Below are positions 14,001 through 26,200 of a stretch of 64,000 nt of DNA, piece by piece. Under the pieces are notes generated by a model. The model was not told the DNA's origin and searched no databases. It was given only the letters and a program-made list of their open reading frames with translations. Where the stretch lies: NCBI RefSeq assembly GCF_902459465.1, contig NC_047073.1, forward strand, positions 2,170,001 through 2,234,000, read 5' to 3'. Made by a program: the position numbers and the translations under genes. This DNA is from Asterias rubens. Lineage: Eukaryota. Position 1 is the stretch's first letter. Every line of letters starts with the position of its first letter.

Positions 14001-16190
14001 GATTACAAGTGCGGTCTGACCACTTGACTACGGTTTTTAATTTGTTTTTGCAGAATCGAGATGGCGACAATATTTGCAATGGTAATCGCCCAATGTGTAC
14101 CCAGTGTCGTGACGTGTCAAACCAAAACAACTATTACACAACTGGGGACGCTTTCAATGCTGGTTACGATTGCAACTGGGAGAACGGTCTAGTTTGTACC
14201 ACAGAGGTCAACAACAAAGTATGCAAGGATTACGACGTCAGGTTCAAATGCCCAAACATAGGTAAGTGCAAGTTTACCATTCAGTTTATAAATAATCTGA
14301 AACCCCTCAAAAGTAAATACTTAAATGCACTGGTCCACTATTGGTAATTGCTCAAAATAATTGTTAGCATAAAACCTTACTTGGTAACGAGAAACGGAGA
14401 GCTGTTGATAGTATAAAACATTGTGAGAAACAGCTCCCTCTGAAGTCACGAAGTTGTTGAGAAAGAAGTAATTTCTCACCAAAATATTTGAATTGAATTC
14501 GAGAGCTCAGCTGAGGGTCCGAATTCAAGCATCTGAAAGCACACAACTTCTGCGACAAGGGTGTTTTTTCTTTATTCTCTCGCAACTTCGACGACCAATT
14601 GAGCTCAAATTTTCACAGGTTTGTTATATATGCATATGTTGAGATACACCAAGTGACAAGAATGGTCTGTGGAAATTACCAAAGGTGTCCATTGCCTCTT
14701 CTAGCTTATTTTTGTACAAAGTATACAATAATAACCCGTTTCCTCACAATCATGACGTGCATTTTAAGGCATTTTATACCTTTGTTTTTGTAACCGTTCG
14801 ATTGTTATAATCCCATATAAATGTAGTTATAACATAACATAACTTCATTTCAAAAGGTGCATGGTTGCGAATTTTTTTTTTTTTTTGGGGGGGGGGATAA
14901 ATATTTTTTTCATAACCGCAGTCCTTCGAGGTGAAAGTTTTTTTGTTTTCAAAATGCATTATACTATCCAATGCTGCTGTACTTATTACCACGCAAGTTT
15001 GTATTGCTATTAATTTTCAGAGTCATTACCAAACATATACATACCCTTCAACTCATTTTGTTTCACCATCTATCACATTACTAGGTGACTGTCGCGGATG
15101 CGCACGATGGACTTCCTGGCTTAACCGAGACTATCCGTCTGGCAGTGGTGACTGGGAGCATGTTGCAACCACTGGACACAACCCTGTAAGTATCAAGGAG
15201 TAAGGTTTTTTGAAGGTAGATATCAACTTGCTTAAAGGAAGACGTTGCCTTGGATCGGACGAGTTGGTTTATTAAAAAGCGTTTGTAACCATTTTTTATA
15301 AAATGCATATGGTTGGAAAGATGTTTTAAAAGTATAATACAATGATCCACACAAGTTTGCTTCGAAATTGCGTGGTTTTCCTTTTACTGTGCGAACTAAC
15401 ACGGTCGGCCATTTATGGCAGTCAAAAATTTGACTCCCAAAAATGGCCGACCGTGTTAGTCGACGGGGTAAAAGGAAAACCGTGCAATTTCGAGGCATGT
15501 TTGTGTGGATCATTGTATTCTACTTTCACAACATCTTTCTACCCATATGCATTTTATAAAAAACGGTTTCAAACGCTTTTTAAAGACCAACTTGACCGAT
15601 CCAAGGCAACGTGTTCCTTTAAAGACACTTAAAGGCATTGGACACCTTTGGTAATATTGTCAAAGACCAGTCTTCTCACTTGGTGTATCCCATATGCATA
15701 AAATAACAAACCTGCGAAAAGTTGAACTCAATTGGTCGTCAAAGTTGCGAGAGAATAATGGAAGAAAAGTTTTATTAATAAAAAAAAAATGATTCACTCC
15801 CAGCCGGGTCATTTATCTCTGTATTGTAGTGTCACTTTCTGGCAATTATTGTAGTTTAGTTCAATGTTCACCTTCAGTTTTTGTTTGCTTTGATCAACTT
15901 GCAATATGACTAAAGAAATTTCGCGACAGTTTGACTTTGCTCTTCTAGAGATAATCGGTCCTGTCATGGTCTCTTACTTTGTCGAATTATTTGATTCTTC
16001 CCCACAGTGTTCCAGTAAAGAGCCAATTGACGTCCAATGCCGCGTCCGCGGAACCAATCAGAATTGGAGTGATGCCGGACAAGAGATCAAAACCAAATGT
16101 ACCCCATCCGAAGGATTCGTCTGCTTAAATGCTGACCAACCTAGAGGGTCATCATGCTTGAACTACGAGCTTCGCTTCCTGTGTCCTTAG
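11060..16190 (+). CDS. Secreted protein with three Mucin2_WxxW (CysD/CILP-type) domains, 304 aa, 7 coding exons
   Basis: Exons 11060-11114 (MKAALFVICCMLAVESIR, signal peptide), 11760-11836 (HYWSAWYDRDNPSGSGDWE), 12672-12885, 13411-13487 (WTAFKDRDNPSASGDWE), 14054-14261, 15085-15185 (WTSWLNRDYPSGSGDWE), 16008-16190 (CLNYELRFLCP*). All introns are GT-AG with consistent phases, 915 nt total. Each repeat ends C..DY[ED]IR[YF].CP-like. Confidence 0.9.
11499..11540. repeat. (AAAC)n microsatellite
   Basis: About ten tandem AAAC units. Confidence 0.95.
15236..15618. mobile_element. Fold-back (near-perfect hairpin) TTAA-flanked MITE; related copies at 41107-41397 and ~54557-55167
   Basis: TTAA|AGGAAGACGTTGCCTTGGATCGG ... 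CCGATCCAAGGCAACGTGTTCCT|TTAA, with long inverted arms over most of its length. Confidence 0.85.
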
Positions 16191-16289
16191 TGTGCTTCTG
16201 AGCCGTTAGTTCGACCCCATGGTTTACACACTGACCAAAGAGAAGGCACTTGCAAATGTGTGGGGGTTAGGTCAGTTGGTAAAGGTACT

Positions 16290-16440
16290 GGGTCGATTTC
16301 ACAAAGAGTTAGGACTAGTCCTAACGTAGGACTAGTCCTAGGAGATATACAAATCGCATGGATAGTCCTAAGTTAGGACGAGTAACTAGTCCTAACTCGG
16401 GATAAGACTAGTCCTATATATCTCTTTGTGAAATCCACCC
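16290..16440. mobile_element. Small palindromic MITE (Harbinger-like, 3-bp CWG-type target); copies at ~36683-36816 and ~53390-53919
   Basis: Termini GGGTCGATTTCACAAAGAG ... CTCTTTGTGAAATCCACCC with internal AGGACTAGTCCT repeats; flanks are CTG/CTG or CAA/CAA. Confidence 0.75.
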
Positions 16441-17899
16441 CTGGACACGTGTGGTAACAAAACTCAGAATACAGCATAACAAACTTTCTTGGTAACGAGT
16501 CACGGAAAGCTGTTGATAGTAAACATTGTGAGAAACAACACCCTCTGAAGTAATGTAGTTTTTTGAGAAAGAGGTGATTTCTCACCCCAATATTTAAATC
16601 TGAGAAAGACTTCAGGCTGAAGTCTTTCTCAGGCATCAAAAAACAAGGGTGTTTTTCTTTCTTTTCTTGCGACTTCGTTGACCAGTTGAGCCCAACTTTT
16701 CAAAGATTTGTTATTTTATGCATATGTTGGGATACACCAAGTGAGAATACTGGCCTTTGACAATTACCAAAGGTGTCCAGTGCCTTTAAAGGTGTGTTAT
16801 AGGGGTGGACATTTCTGCTACAGCTGGGCATGATAACGCTTGCACTTATTTAGGCTAAATTATAATAATTAAAGGCTTTTGATGTTTATGCTAATTTTGT
16901 TCAGTCATCCTCTCATTCAATTAGAGCTAGTGGCGTTAAAAAAGGCGGGCAGTTTTGTTTTATATTATTAAGTTTTGTCTATGGGAGTTCTGGGACTTTC
17001 GGGACCAAAATGCATTACAAAGGACCTTTCAAGACGATAAATGTTGTTGTTTATATAAATTTACTAATCAGAGATAAATTACAAGAAGGCCTGTTCACAT
17101 TCAATTTTACAACGAGCGTTTATAGACGATGTGACCTCTGACGTCACACGAAAACCATAACATGATTCGCGCGCATACGGCCGGGCAAAACCTTTGTGTG
17201 TTGGCAGCCCGCTATAGAAAGTGTACGCAATCTAATACCATGACTACGTGTCTTTTTGCCCGGCGGAGCATGGCGTATACAGTGTTTTTTCAACAGAGGG
17301 CGGTTTGAATGTAAACATATGTCACATCGTCTATTAGCTGCGCAATATTGCTTCATAGTACATGTACTGCGTAGGTTAATTGAATAGATAAGCCACAGGA
17401 TACTTACTCTACTGAAAAATAAACAAACAAGGCTCCGTTTCCATGCTATAATTGGGTATTTTCTTCTTTTTTTACTAACTCTATGTTCACTATATGGATC
17501 GAAATAAAACGCATCCTAACATTAATACGTTTGTATGTGTGATTTTGTTGTACCATGTCATGTTGTAGCCTGTGCAGGGTGAGTCAAAGAGAAGATGACG
17601 ATTGGTGATTTTTTTTCTCAAACAAATGAAACTCAAACTTCATTAACACAGAACAAACACTCTTTCCTGCTTATTAGAAAACAAGAATGAAAGTTGATCA
17701 TTCATACGAGGAGTTATGTCTATTTTTATCAATGTACTCAAAAAAGGGCGCTATCAGACGAAGTTTGTACACATTTTGCCATAATGGAGAGGGAAATAAT
17801 ATCCTGCCACACCGGTATAGAGAAATCTGTCCCCCGGAGATTCTCTGAAGGAGGAGGCTTCAAAAGAGGGCGCTATCGTAAAAGTTTTACACAGTTCGA

Positions 17900-18070
17900 C
17901 ACGGCTGGGCGCTTTGTCCATGGTAGCGAGGCTGGGCCTAATGCCCATGGTATCCAGGCTATGCCACTTGCCCATGGTAGCTAGGCTGGCGGGCTGCCCA
18001 TGGTAGCGAGGTTGAGACCACTGCCCGAGGTAGCAAGGCTGGACGTGCTGCCAAGGATAGCGAGGCTGAT
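17900..18070. repeat. GC-rich minisatellite (~27-30-bp unit, core CCCATGGTAGCGAGG)
   Basis: Repeated CCATGGTAGC(G/T)AGGCTG motifs; the core is the reverse complement of the 37260-37460 minisatellite core. Confidence 0.7.
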
Positions 18071-18777
18071 CTTTGTCCTCGTTGCTAAACAATCAATCCT
18101 TGTCGCAGTCGCACATGGTCAAGCACGTCCGAGGACAGTTTGTGAATAAAAAATTAGAACATAGCGTTTAAGTAAAATCATGGCTTACCAATCTTTCAGT
18201 TAAAATCAGCCATATTGAGCGTCATTAACAAAATCAATAACACCCTTCCTGAAAAGCAAACAACGGCGTCCTTGGAAGGGTCTATGCCGTTTTGTATCCT
18301 CTTTTAGGTCACGAGAATCTAAACCCCCGCACACGCATGGTCCTAAATACAGAAGGTTTTAACAATCAATCTTAACTTGAACAAAATAAGTCTTTTCTCG
18401 GACAAAGGCTCGATCAATAATCTAATGAAAATATTTTAATAAACGGCGCGTGCCTGGATACTAGACACAGTCGCTGATGTCGACAACGATGCTGGCACGC
18501 AGGCTAGGGCACCAGACCTTTACTATTCTATTTGGTCATCATCATCTGAGCCGGGGCCAATTTCTTTTTGATGAATATTTGTATGACCATACCTTGGATG
18601 ACAAAGAGCTCCGTCTGTGATAGGTCGAAACCTGTTGAAGGTGTGTACACGTGAGTCAATTGCTAAACGTCGCCCGACGGCGGCACTCATCTTGCAGCGA
18701 CAACGGATACGTTCCACACTGGTTTTGATGAGCGCCTCGAGAACACAACTTACTAGAAGATTCCTTATCTCTAAATC

Positions 18778-19767
18778 ATGGAGAAAATAACGAACGTTCT
18801 CATTTATCTTGAAAGATTGAAATTTAGAATCTGTCTTTCTTTACTTCTTGGACTGGTTTCACTGAACGGCTCCCAAGCCCATCTCGACCGTACATTTTTC
18901 GCAGCTAACCATCGGTCTCTCGAGAATGTCGATTTCTCAGTGAAGAATTTCAGCTCAGCTGTGCTCTGTGTGAGTTACTGTCACTCTGAACATGATTGCA
19001 ACTCAGTGAACTACCATCTGAAAGATCAACGATGTGAGCTGAATAATGCCACCAAAGACCAGTATCCTGATAACTTTGTCGTCGAGTATGGCAAGGTGTA
19101 CTATGACGATGATGTGAACACCCCTCACTCCTCCATGTTCGGTTGTAACGAGCTCCTTGAGACAGGTTTTGAGAGCGGTATCTACACTATCTTTCCCAGT
19201 GGGTTCCCGGAGGGTCTCAGGGTCTACTGTGACATGACAACCACTGGAGGAGGATGGATCGTCATCCAAAGGCGCCTGGATGGGAGCGTTGGCTTCTACC
19301 GGGACTGGGCGGACTACCGGGCAGGTTTTGGCAACTTGGCGGGTGAGTTTTGGCTTGGAAACGATAACTTACGCGCCTTGACCGAGTCGGAAGGGACATG
19401 GCAGTTCCGCGCCGAAATTGAAGATTGGAATGGCGCAAAACTTTGGTCAGAGTCTGGTGTTTTTCGAGTCCACGGTGAGAACTTTACGGTCCATAGCGAT
19501 ACAGAAACCGGTAGCCGTATTTTTTCTGTGCAGGATGGTATGTTATTCAGCACAAGGGACAGGGACAATGACGTCAATTCCAATGGACACTGCGCCCAAC
19601 TGCAAAAAGGAGGCTGGTGGTATAGCAATTGCTATAATGCTAACTTAAACGGCGTGTATTATAATGGAGCAAGGCAAGCTGCAGATGGAATAACACTGCA
19701 CTTGGGGAACCGTGTTAATTCAGACACAATGAAAACATGTAGCATGAAAATTCGCCGTGTAGCGTAA
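18778..19767 (+). CDS. Intronless fibrinogen-related protein (FReD) with N-terminal PAN/Apple domain, 329 aa
   Basis: Hydrophobic leader ICLSLLLGLVSLNGSQA; PAN-like CVSYCHSEHDCNSVNY..RCELNN; fibrinogen-C hallmarks YCDMTTTGGGWIVIQRRLDGSVGFYRDW, GFGNLAGEFWLGND, FSTRDRDND and GGWWYSNCYNANLNG. Confidence 0.93.
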   Translation: MEKITNVLIYLERLKFRICLSLLLGLVSLNGSQAHLDRTFFAANHRSLENVDFSVKNFSSAVLCVSYCHSEHDCNSVNYHLKDQRCELNNATKDQYPDNFVVEYGKVYYDDDVNTPHSSMFGCNELLETGFESGIYTIFPSGFPEGLRVYCDMTTTGGGWIVIQRRLDGSVGFYRDWADYRAGFGNLAGEFWLGNDNLRALTESEGTWQFRAEIEDWNGAKLWSESGVFRVHGENFTVHSDTETGSRIFSVQDGMLFSTRDRDNDVNSNGHCAQLQKGGWWYSNCYNANLNGVYYNGARQAADGITLHLGNRVNSDTMKTCSMKIRRVA

Positions 19768-20716
19768 AATAATTGCCAAGTATTTTATTGCAAACAAACG
19801 AGGGTACACAATATTATGAAAAGCCAAACGCGGCCTTGATTGGTTGGTTTGTAACTTTTGATTATCATAAAGATGTACCCAGGACTCCAGCTAACATCCA
19901 AACGTTGGGCCAACGTCGGTGGAAGTCGGCAAAGTCGGCATCAACAAAACAAACGTTACATAGAGGTTGTGGAGGTCGGAGTCATTGTTTAAACGTTGTA
20001 CGAACATTGGTGAAGAGTATGAAATACAATAATTAGTTACAACATTTTCACAACGTAGTTATGATAGGGGCAACTTAACTTGGATTAAGGTTTCCCGACG
20101 TTGCAGAAAACAAGTTTATTTCCAACGTTGGCTCAATGTGGTAAAACTACGGCACCCCCAACGTTGGCATCCTAGGTTGTGCCATCACAATGAAAAGACA
20201 GTATAGTCAGTTGAAAGTTGTACAAAATTGTTGCTATTGTAGTCTGATAATTGAAGCAAGTTCAATTTGACAAATAAAAAAACGAACACAAACTTAATGT
20301 GGTTATTGGATATGTTCAAGTTCTTCTCGAAGTTTGTTCCGAACAGGCGTTTATGATTCACTCAAAAAAAGCAATAACCTATCTTTGTGAATATTTTTAT
20401 GTACTCGGCGCCTCGAGTCTCTTGTTTGGTAGATACGTGCGCTACATATAAGACTTCGATATGATTAAATACATTGGAGACTGTGGAACCTAAACAAACA
20501 AAACAAAAACATCTCAAAACAATATGAATACAATTCAACTATTAAATGTGTCATAATCTGCGCTTCATCCACGGTCCAGAAAAACACGATGTCATGGTTA
20601 AAAATTGGTCGTGACGTCATAGTTACAGGAATGCGAATGTCGACGGCGGGAAAAACACTGGTTCAAACAATTTCAATAAATTACATGGATGGAAACTGTA
20701 AAGTTAGTATAAAATT

Positions 20717-21002
20717 ATAGAGCCAAGGTCTAGAACAATTCGTTACGGAGACCGTGCTTTCGCCAAAGCTGCTCCAGCCCTATGGAATAAGCTCCCAGTC
20801 TCACTTCGCCAAACAACATCTCTCAACGACTTCAAGAAGGAACTTAAAACACACTTGTTCACTTAGACTTTCATTGGGTTTCATTATGTTTTGTTTATTC
20901 TTCATTTTCTATTGTATAATGTTTTCATTTTGTGTAGGCGCCTTGATCGGTTTTCTTGAAAAGTGCGCATTATAAATCCATATTATTATTATTATTATTA
21001 TA
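20717..21002 (+). mobile_element. 5'-truncated L2-clade LINE 3' end
   Basis: Translates as RYGDRAFAKAAPALWNKLPVSLRQTTSLNDFKKELKTHLFT* (stop ends 20866), the typical L2 ORF2 C-terminus, followed by a 3' UTR and an (ATT)n tail. Confidence 0.8.
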
Positions 21003-21335
21003 ACTAGCCTAAATAAAGTAGAAAAACGAGGAGAAACTATATATTAAATAACATTAAAACAAATCAAGAGCATCAATATCTAAGGTTACCCTTTGAAATT
21101 ATGTAAAATGCGTTTAATTTATTAATTAATCTTAACTGGAGTAGCTTTGCTGCTTTTTCTGTAGGTTATTATATCTTTTCCAATAAATGGTGTGATTTTG
21201 ATGGTGTGTAGGAGATTCTGTTCCCCGATATGGCAAACTGTGTACAAACTTCTTCTGATAGCGCCCTCTTTTGAATCCTCCTCCCCCAATGGAACAGAAT
21301 TCCATGTGACACCGGCATTTTGTAATATTATTCTA

Positions 21336-21487
21336 TAGACCTTTTCGCAAATACCGGGGCGCGCGCGTAAAGCTTGGAATTAGGTGCATTGTGGTCTAGC
21401 TGGTATCCAAATTTGATCCATATATATCCCACAATGCACCCCATTCAACAGTCTGCGCTTGCGCATTGGTATTTGCGATAAGGTCTA
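21336..21487. mobile_element. 152-bp MITE with TAGACC termini
   Basis: TAGACCTTTTCGCAAATACC ... GGTATTTGCGATAAGGTCTA terminal inverted repeats. Confidence 0.7.
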
Positions 21488-23242
21488 TGGCTCTTTACTG
21501 GAATCGTGCACGGCGCCACCAACGAACGGCAAGAAAAAAACAATTTGTAAAAATTCGAAGGTGGCCTGGTTTTCCCAATCAAATTTCATCAAATTACATC
21601 GAGGAAAACTTAACAGTTATGAAACAAAAAAAGAGTAGTTAGCCTAAACGCACATCAAACAATGATAATAGTTCAACTAGCTGGATAGATTTTGTTGAGT
21701 TGTTGAGCTTTGACAAAAGACAATTGTTGGTCTGAATGGTACACAAATCAAACAGTTTGGCGTCAGTAGCTAAAACAGCGCCCCCACTAGCTGCTGGTTC
21801 AGCCCTATCCTGAACATCTGACGCCACATTTCGAGGCTCATGAAACGCCAGAGACCGGCCTCAATACCGGCAGTGTACATTCACCTTTGACCTACATTGA
21901 TTGCACATAGAGATACGCACAAATTCTCCACCAACATCTATATTATACGTTCATCCACATGCATGTACTGTATACATAATACCACAGACGTGAAACACAC
22001 ACAGACGCATCTGTATTTTGATTGGTCGTTCGAGGTTACCTCAGACCAATTTATGTTCAACATTATTTAATACCAATTTGTTATAAATCAGCAAGGAAAA
22101 TGTCAATGCAGTTTGTGATGTGCTCGTTTCACAGTAGATGAGTCCGCGCCGCACGTGAGTGACTTTTTTTCACACAGCTCGGGAAAGTACGAGTATACAG
22201 TGCTAACACACATCGGTGTATATGGGTAAAACAACAAATTAATACTGATGTAATAGCTTATTATGGAATACATAAGTAAGAGCAGAGGGGATAATAGAAA
22301 TCAGACTTAACATGAGACTTGAGGTGCAGGGAGCTTGGGCTGGACACGAACCAGATGTCAACTCAAACACGGGAAGAAAAAAGGGCTTCACCTCGTAGAT
22401 GAAATTGTGACCACCGGTTCTTTTCTCTGCACTGATGGGTTGTGCCACGTTACGCTTTCCAGAAATGGGTCTGTGGGTAAAGGAATACAAAGCTAGCAAC
22501 CAACAAAAGAACCATGTATGTGCTTCCAGATGCTTAGAGCCTTTTAATAATTTGAGTAAGAAATTGCCTCTTTCTTGTCGAGAGAATAATTTAAGAAATT
22601 TAATTTAAGAAATTGTCGCACAAGTTGTGTGCTTTCAGATGCTTGAATTCGAAACCTCAGCTGAGCTCTCGAATTCAATTCAAATATTTTGTGAGAAATT
22701 ACTTCTATCTCAAAAACTACCTCGTTGCAGCGGGAGCCGCTTCTCACAATATTTTATACTACCAAAAGCTCCCCGTTACTATTAACCAAAAAAGTTACTA
22801 TGCTAACAATTAGTTTGAGTAATTACCAATAGTGTCCAGTGCCTTTAACACAAGAAAATCAGTGATTATTAGATATGTCAGTGATAAACCCAACATTCTT
22901 GAAAAATATATAGGTTACCAAGTTCACGTTTACGTTATCAAATAACGAGGATGGTTGCAAAGTGACGCTATCAAGGTTCTGTGTAAACTTGTTCATCGAT
23001 AAGGGCAGATTTGGTTCCCCGAATGCAAAGTCCAAAATCCACGCCATGCAAAATACCAACACATCGTAATAATAGATATGTACATAAATATATGCTGATA
23101 TAGTTATACCACTACTTGCTTTATATGAACTAGTAAGGTATAGTCAACCGTCTGTGATTGCTTTAGAGCATGATTTTAGGATACTTTTGTATTTTGGTTT
23201 AGCCTACTGTCGTCTTTGATTTATCTTTCCTCAATTAAACCA

Positions 23243-26200
23243 ATGTATTTGTTTGTGGCCCGCGTCTTAACATGCATGTTGGTATTCTGCAATGGATTTT
23301 CGGCTGTAGACACCTCGGGTAAGAAACAAGTTTCTACTCTTTTGAATTCATAACTGGTTTATATTTATTTATAGTGTGGATTAGTTGGACTAACTACTGT
23401 TTAAGTATTGTTTTATGAATGCCTTTGTAGAACACATAATGATTCTTGTATCAAATTCTGTCTAGACGCACCCTTCTTTTTAATGAAGGTTTTCCTGGTG
23501 GACTTTAGAGTATTACCTCGATTTATTAAAGGCACTGGATTTCTTTGGTAGTTGTCAAATTCCAGTATTGTCTCGGCGGTAGTGCAGTTCATAACGACCC
23601 TATAAGCTAAAGTAGTAGTCCCAACCCGTTTCTATACATTACGCCCATGTAGTAAAAAAGCAGGACTTTTCTTTTCAGAACTGAGAAGTCTCCTGAACAA
23701 TCCGATAAATCTACTCCGCGGTAGTAGAATATTATTAAAGCAAGACAGTTCTCTAAGAACAGACTCTACCTGGCACACATGGTGTTACCGAAAACCAAAA
23801 ATATATTGATACCACACATGCAAAGTAGATACATACGTGGTGTTACCGCAAACCAAATATATATTGATTCCTCACCATGCAAAGCCTCAAATCATTTTTA
23901 ACAATTACTGATTATGTATTGTTTTTAACCTAAATTAACCACAATTTTACCCCCTCTCTTTGGTAATACAAATGTGACTCAATTTATAGATGTTTGCTCT
24001 GAGGGATACGAAATGGGCTACGATGGGGGATGTTATTTATTCGAGACAAATGCAGTAGCATGGAGCATCGCTAGGAATAACTGCACCGATACACCGGACT
24101 CTGATCTGCTCGTTATTAACAACAGTGACGAACTGGAGTACATTAAGAACCGTATCACAAGTGGGATATGGTGGATAGGTAAGTTTGGTACTAAGGACCT
24201 TTGCGAAACCAGGGCTTCGGCTTTGGATTCGGCTTCAGGCTCCATTCTTTCATCTGAAGCCCAGACTAAGCACGTACGCCAAGCATCTGCAATTGTCAAA
24301 ACAACCGCGGGGCCAAGCAAGCCCGAGCCGAATCTGGAGCCGAAGCCGTGGTTTCGAAAGGGGCCTATGCCTGCTTGTCAAGTTGTCACAAAGTAGACTG
24401 GTCCTTGAAAGACAGGTATTGGGTTTACAGACCCAGTGATTTAATTGGATTCAATGATTTCATTGGACAAACGTTCTGTGTTTTGATTGGTCCGAGGTGG
24501 TGTTTGGCAGCTGCACTTTCGTTTAATAAGTTAAGTCTGCATAATGCAGCCTGCATAATATATGTATCAAATGTGATTATGGACGGGTAGCAGACGTAGC
24601 CTACAAGCTGAAGGCCTTTATGTTGTCAGTTTGTTTCAGACCATTTGGTAATTGTCAAAGACCAGTCTTCTCACTTGGTGTATCTCAACATATGCATTAA
24701 ATAACAAACCTGTGAACATTTGAACTCAATTGGTCGTCGAAGTTGCGAGAGAATAATGGAAGAAAACAAAGCACTTGTCACACAAGTGGTGTGCTTTCAG
24801 ATGCTTGAATTCGATACCGCAGCAAAACCAAAAACAGTGAGAAATTACATCTTTCTCAAAAACTTAATTACTTTAGAGGGAGCTGTTTCTCACAACGTTT
24901 TATACTATCAACAGCTCTCCATTGCTCGTTACCGAGCAAGTTTTTATGCTAACAATAGTTCAGTGCCTTATAGTGTGCTGATCCGTGATCGAGACAGTGT
25001 TTTCTAAAGACAGTGGACACTATTGGTAATTGTCAAAGACTAGTCTTCTCACTTGCTGTGTCTAAACATATCCATAAGATAGCTCAATTGGTCGTCGAAG
25101 TTGTGAGATATGAATGAAATAAAAAACACCCTAGTCACACGAAGGTGTATGCTTTCAGATGCTTGATTTCGAGACCTCAAATTCTAAACTTGAGGTCTCG
25201 AAATCAAATTCGTGGAAAATTACTTCTTTCTCGAAAACTACGTCACTTCAGAGGGAGCCGTATCTCACAATAATGTGTACCATCAACCTCTCCCCATTAC
25301 TCGTTACCAAGTGAGGTTTTATGCTCATAATTATTTTGAGTAATTACCAATGGTGTCCACTGGCTTGAACATTCTTTACCAAAGCCTCTATGAAATCTGA
25401 AAAACTTTCATGTGCTTGTTGCATGATGTGGCAAGATTGCTCGTAATGTAAATGATTATATATTTAGTTATAGGTATAAAACAAAACTGCATTCAGACCG
25501 AAATACTCATATATATGAATGCTTAGATAAAAGGGCCACATCAGTGCAATAAAAACTGCAATAAAAACACTGAAGGGTACTTCACCAGCCAATATGATGC
25601 CTTGCTGATAATAGAAGTAAACATGATTTAAAGACAGTGGACACTATTGGTAACTACTCAAAATAATTATCAGCATAAAACCTTACTTGGTAACGAGCAA
25701 TTGGGAGCTGTTGATAGTATAAAACATTGTGAGAAACGGCTCCCTCTGAAGTGACGTAGTTTTCGAGAAAGAAGTAATTTTCCACGAATTTGATTTCGAG
25801 ACCTCAAGTTTAGAATGTGAGGTCTCGAAATCAAGCATCGGAAAGCACATAACTTTTTTTCATTCTAATTTTTTTGATATCTCGCAACTTCGACAACCAA
25901 TTGAGCTCAAATTGTCACAGGTTTGTTATTTTAGGCATATGTTGAGACACACCAAGTGAGAAAGACTGGTCTTTGACAATTACCAAAAGTGTCGACTGCC
26001 TTTAATGAAGTATATGATTTAAGTATATACATGCTGTGAACTGCTTGCCAAAAATCAATCAATTATTTGTCGAAACTGAGATCTGTGACTATTTGCTCAT
26101 CAAATATCGCGCATATCCGCCACTTGGTGAAGCTCCTGCTGTCGTTTTCACCAAACTCTTCCTAACTTGACTAAGGACGAGTTCAGTTCCGTAAAGAAAT

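Noticed and set aside
24185-24390. GC-richer extension of ORF 23974-24396 beyond the WWIG motif
   Set aside because: A canonical phase-1 donor at 24178/24179 matches the other CTLD exons, so the extension is intronic read-through.
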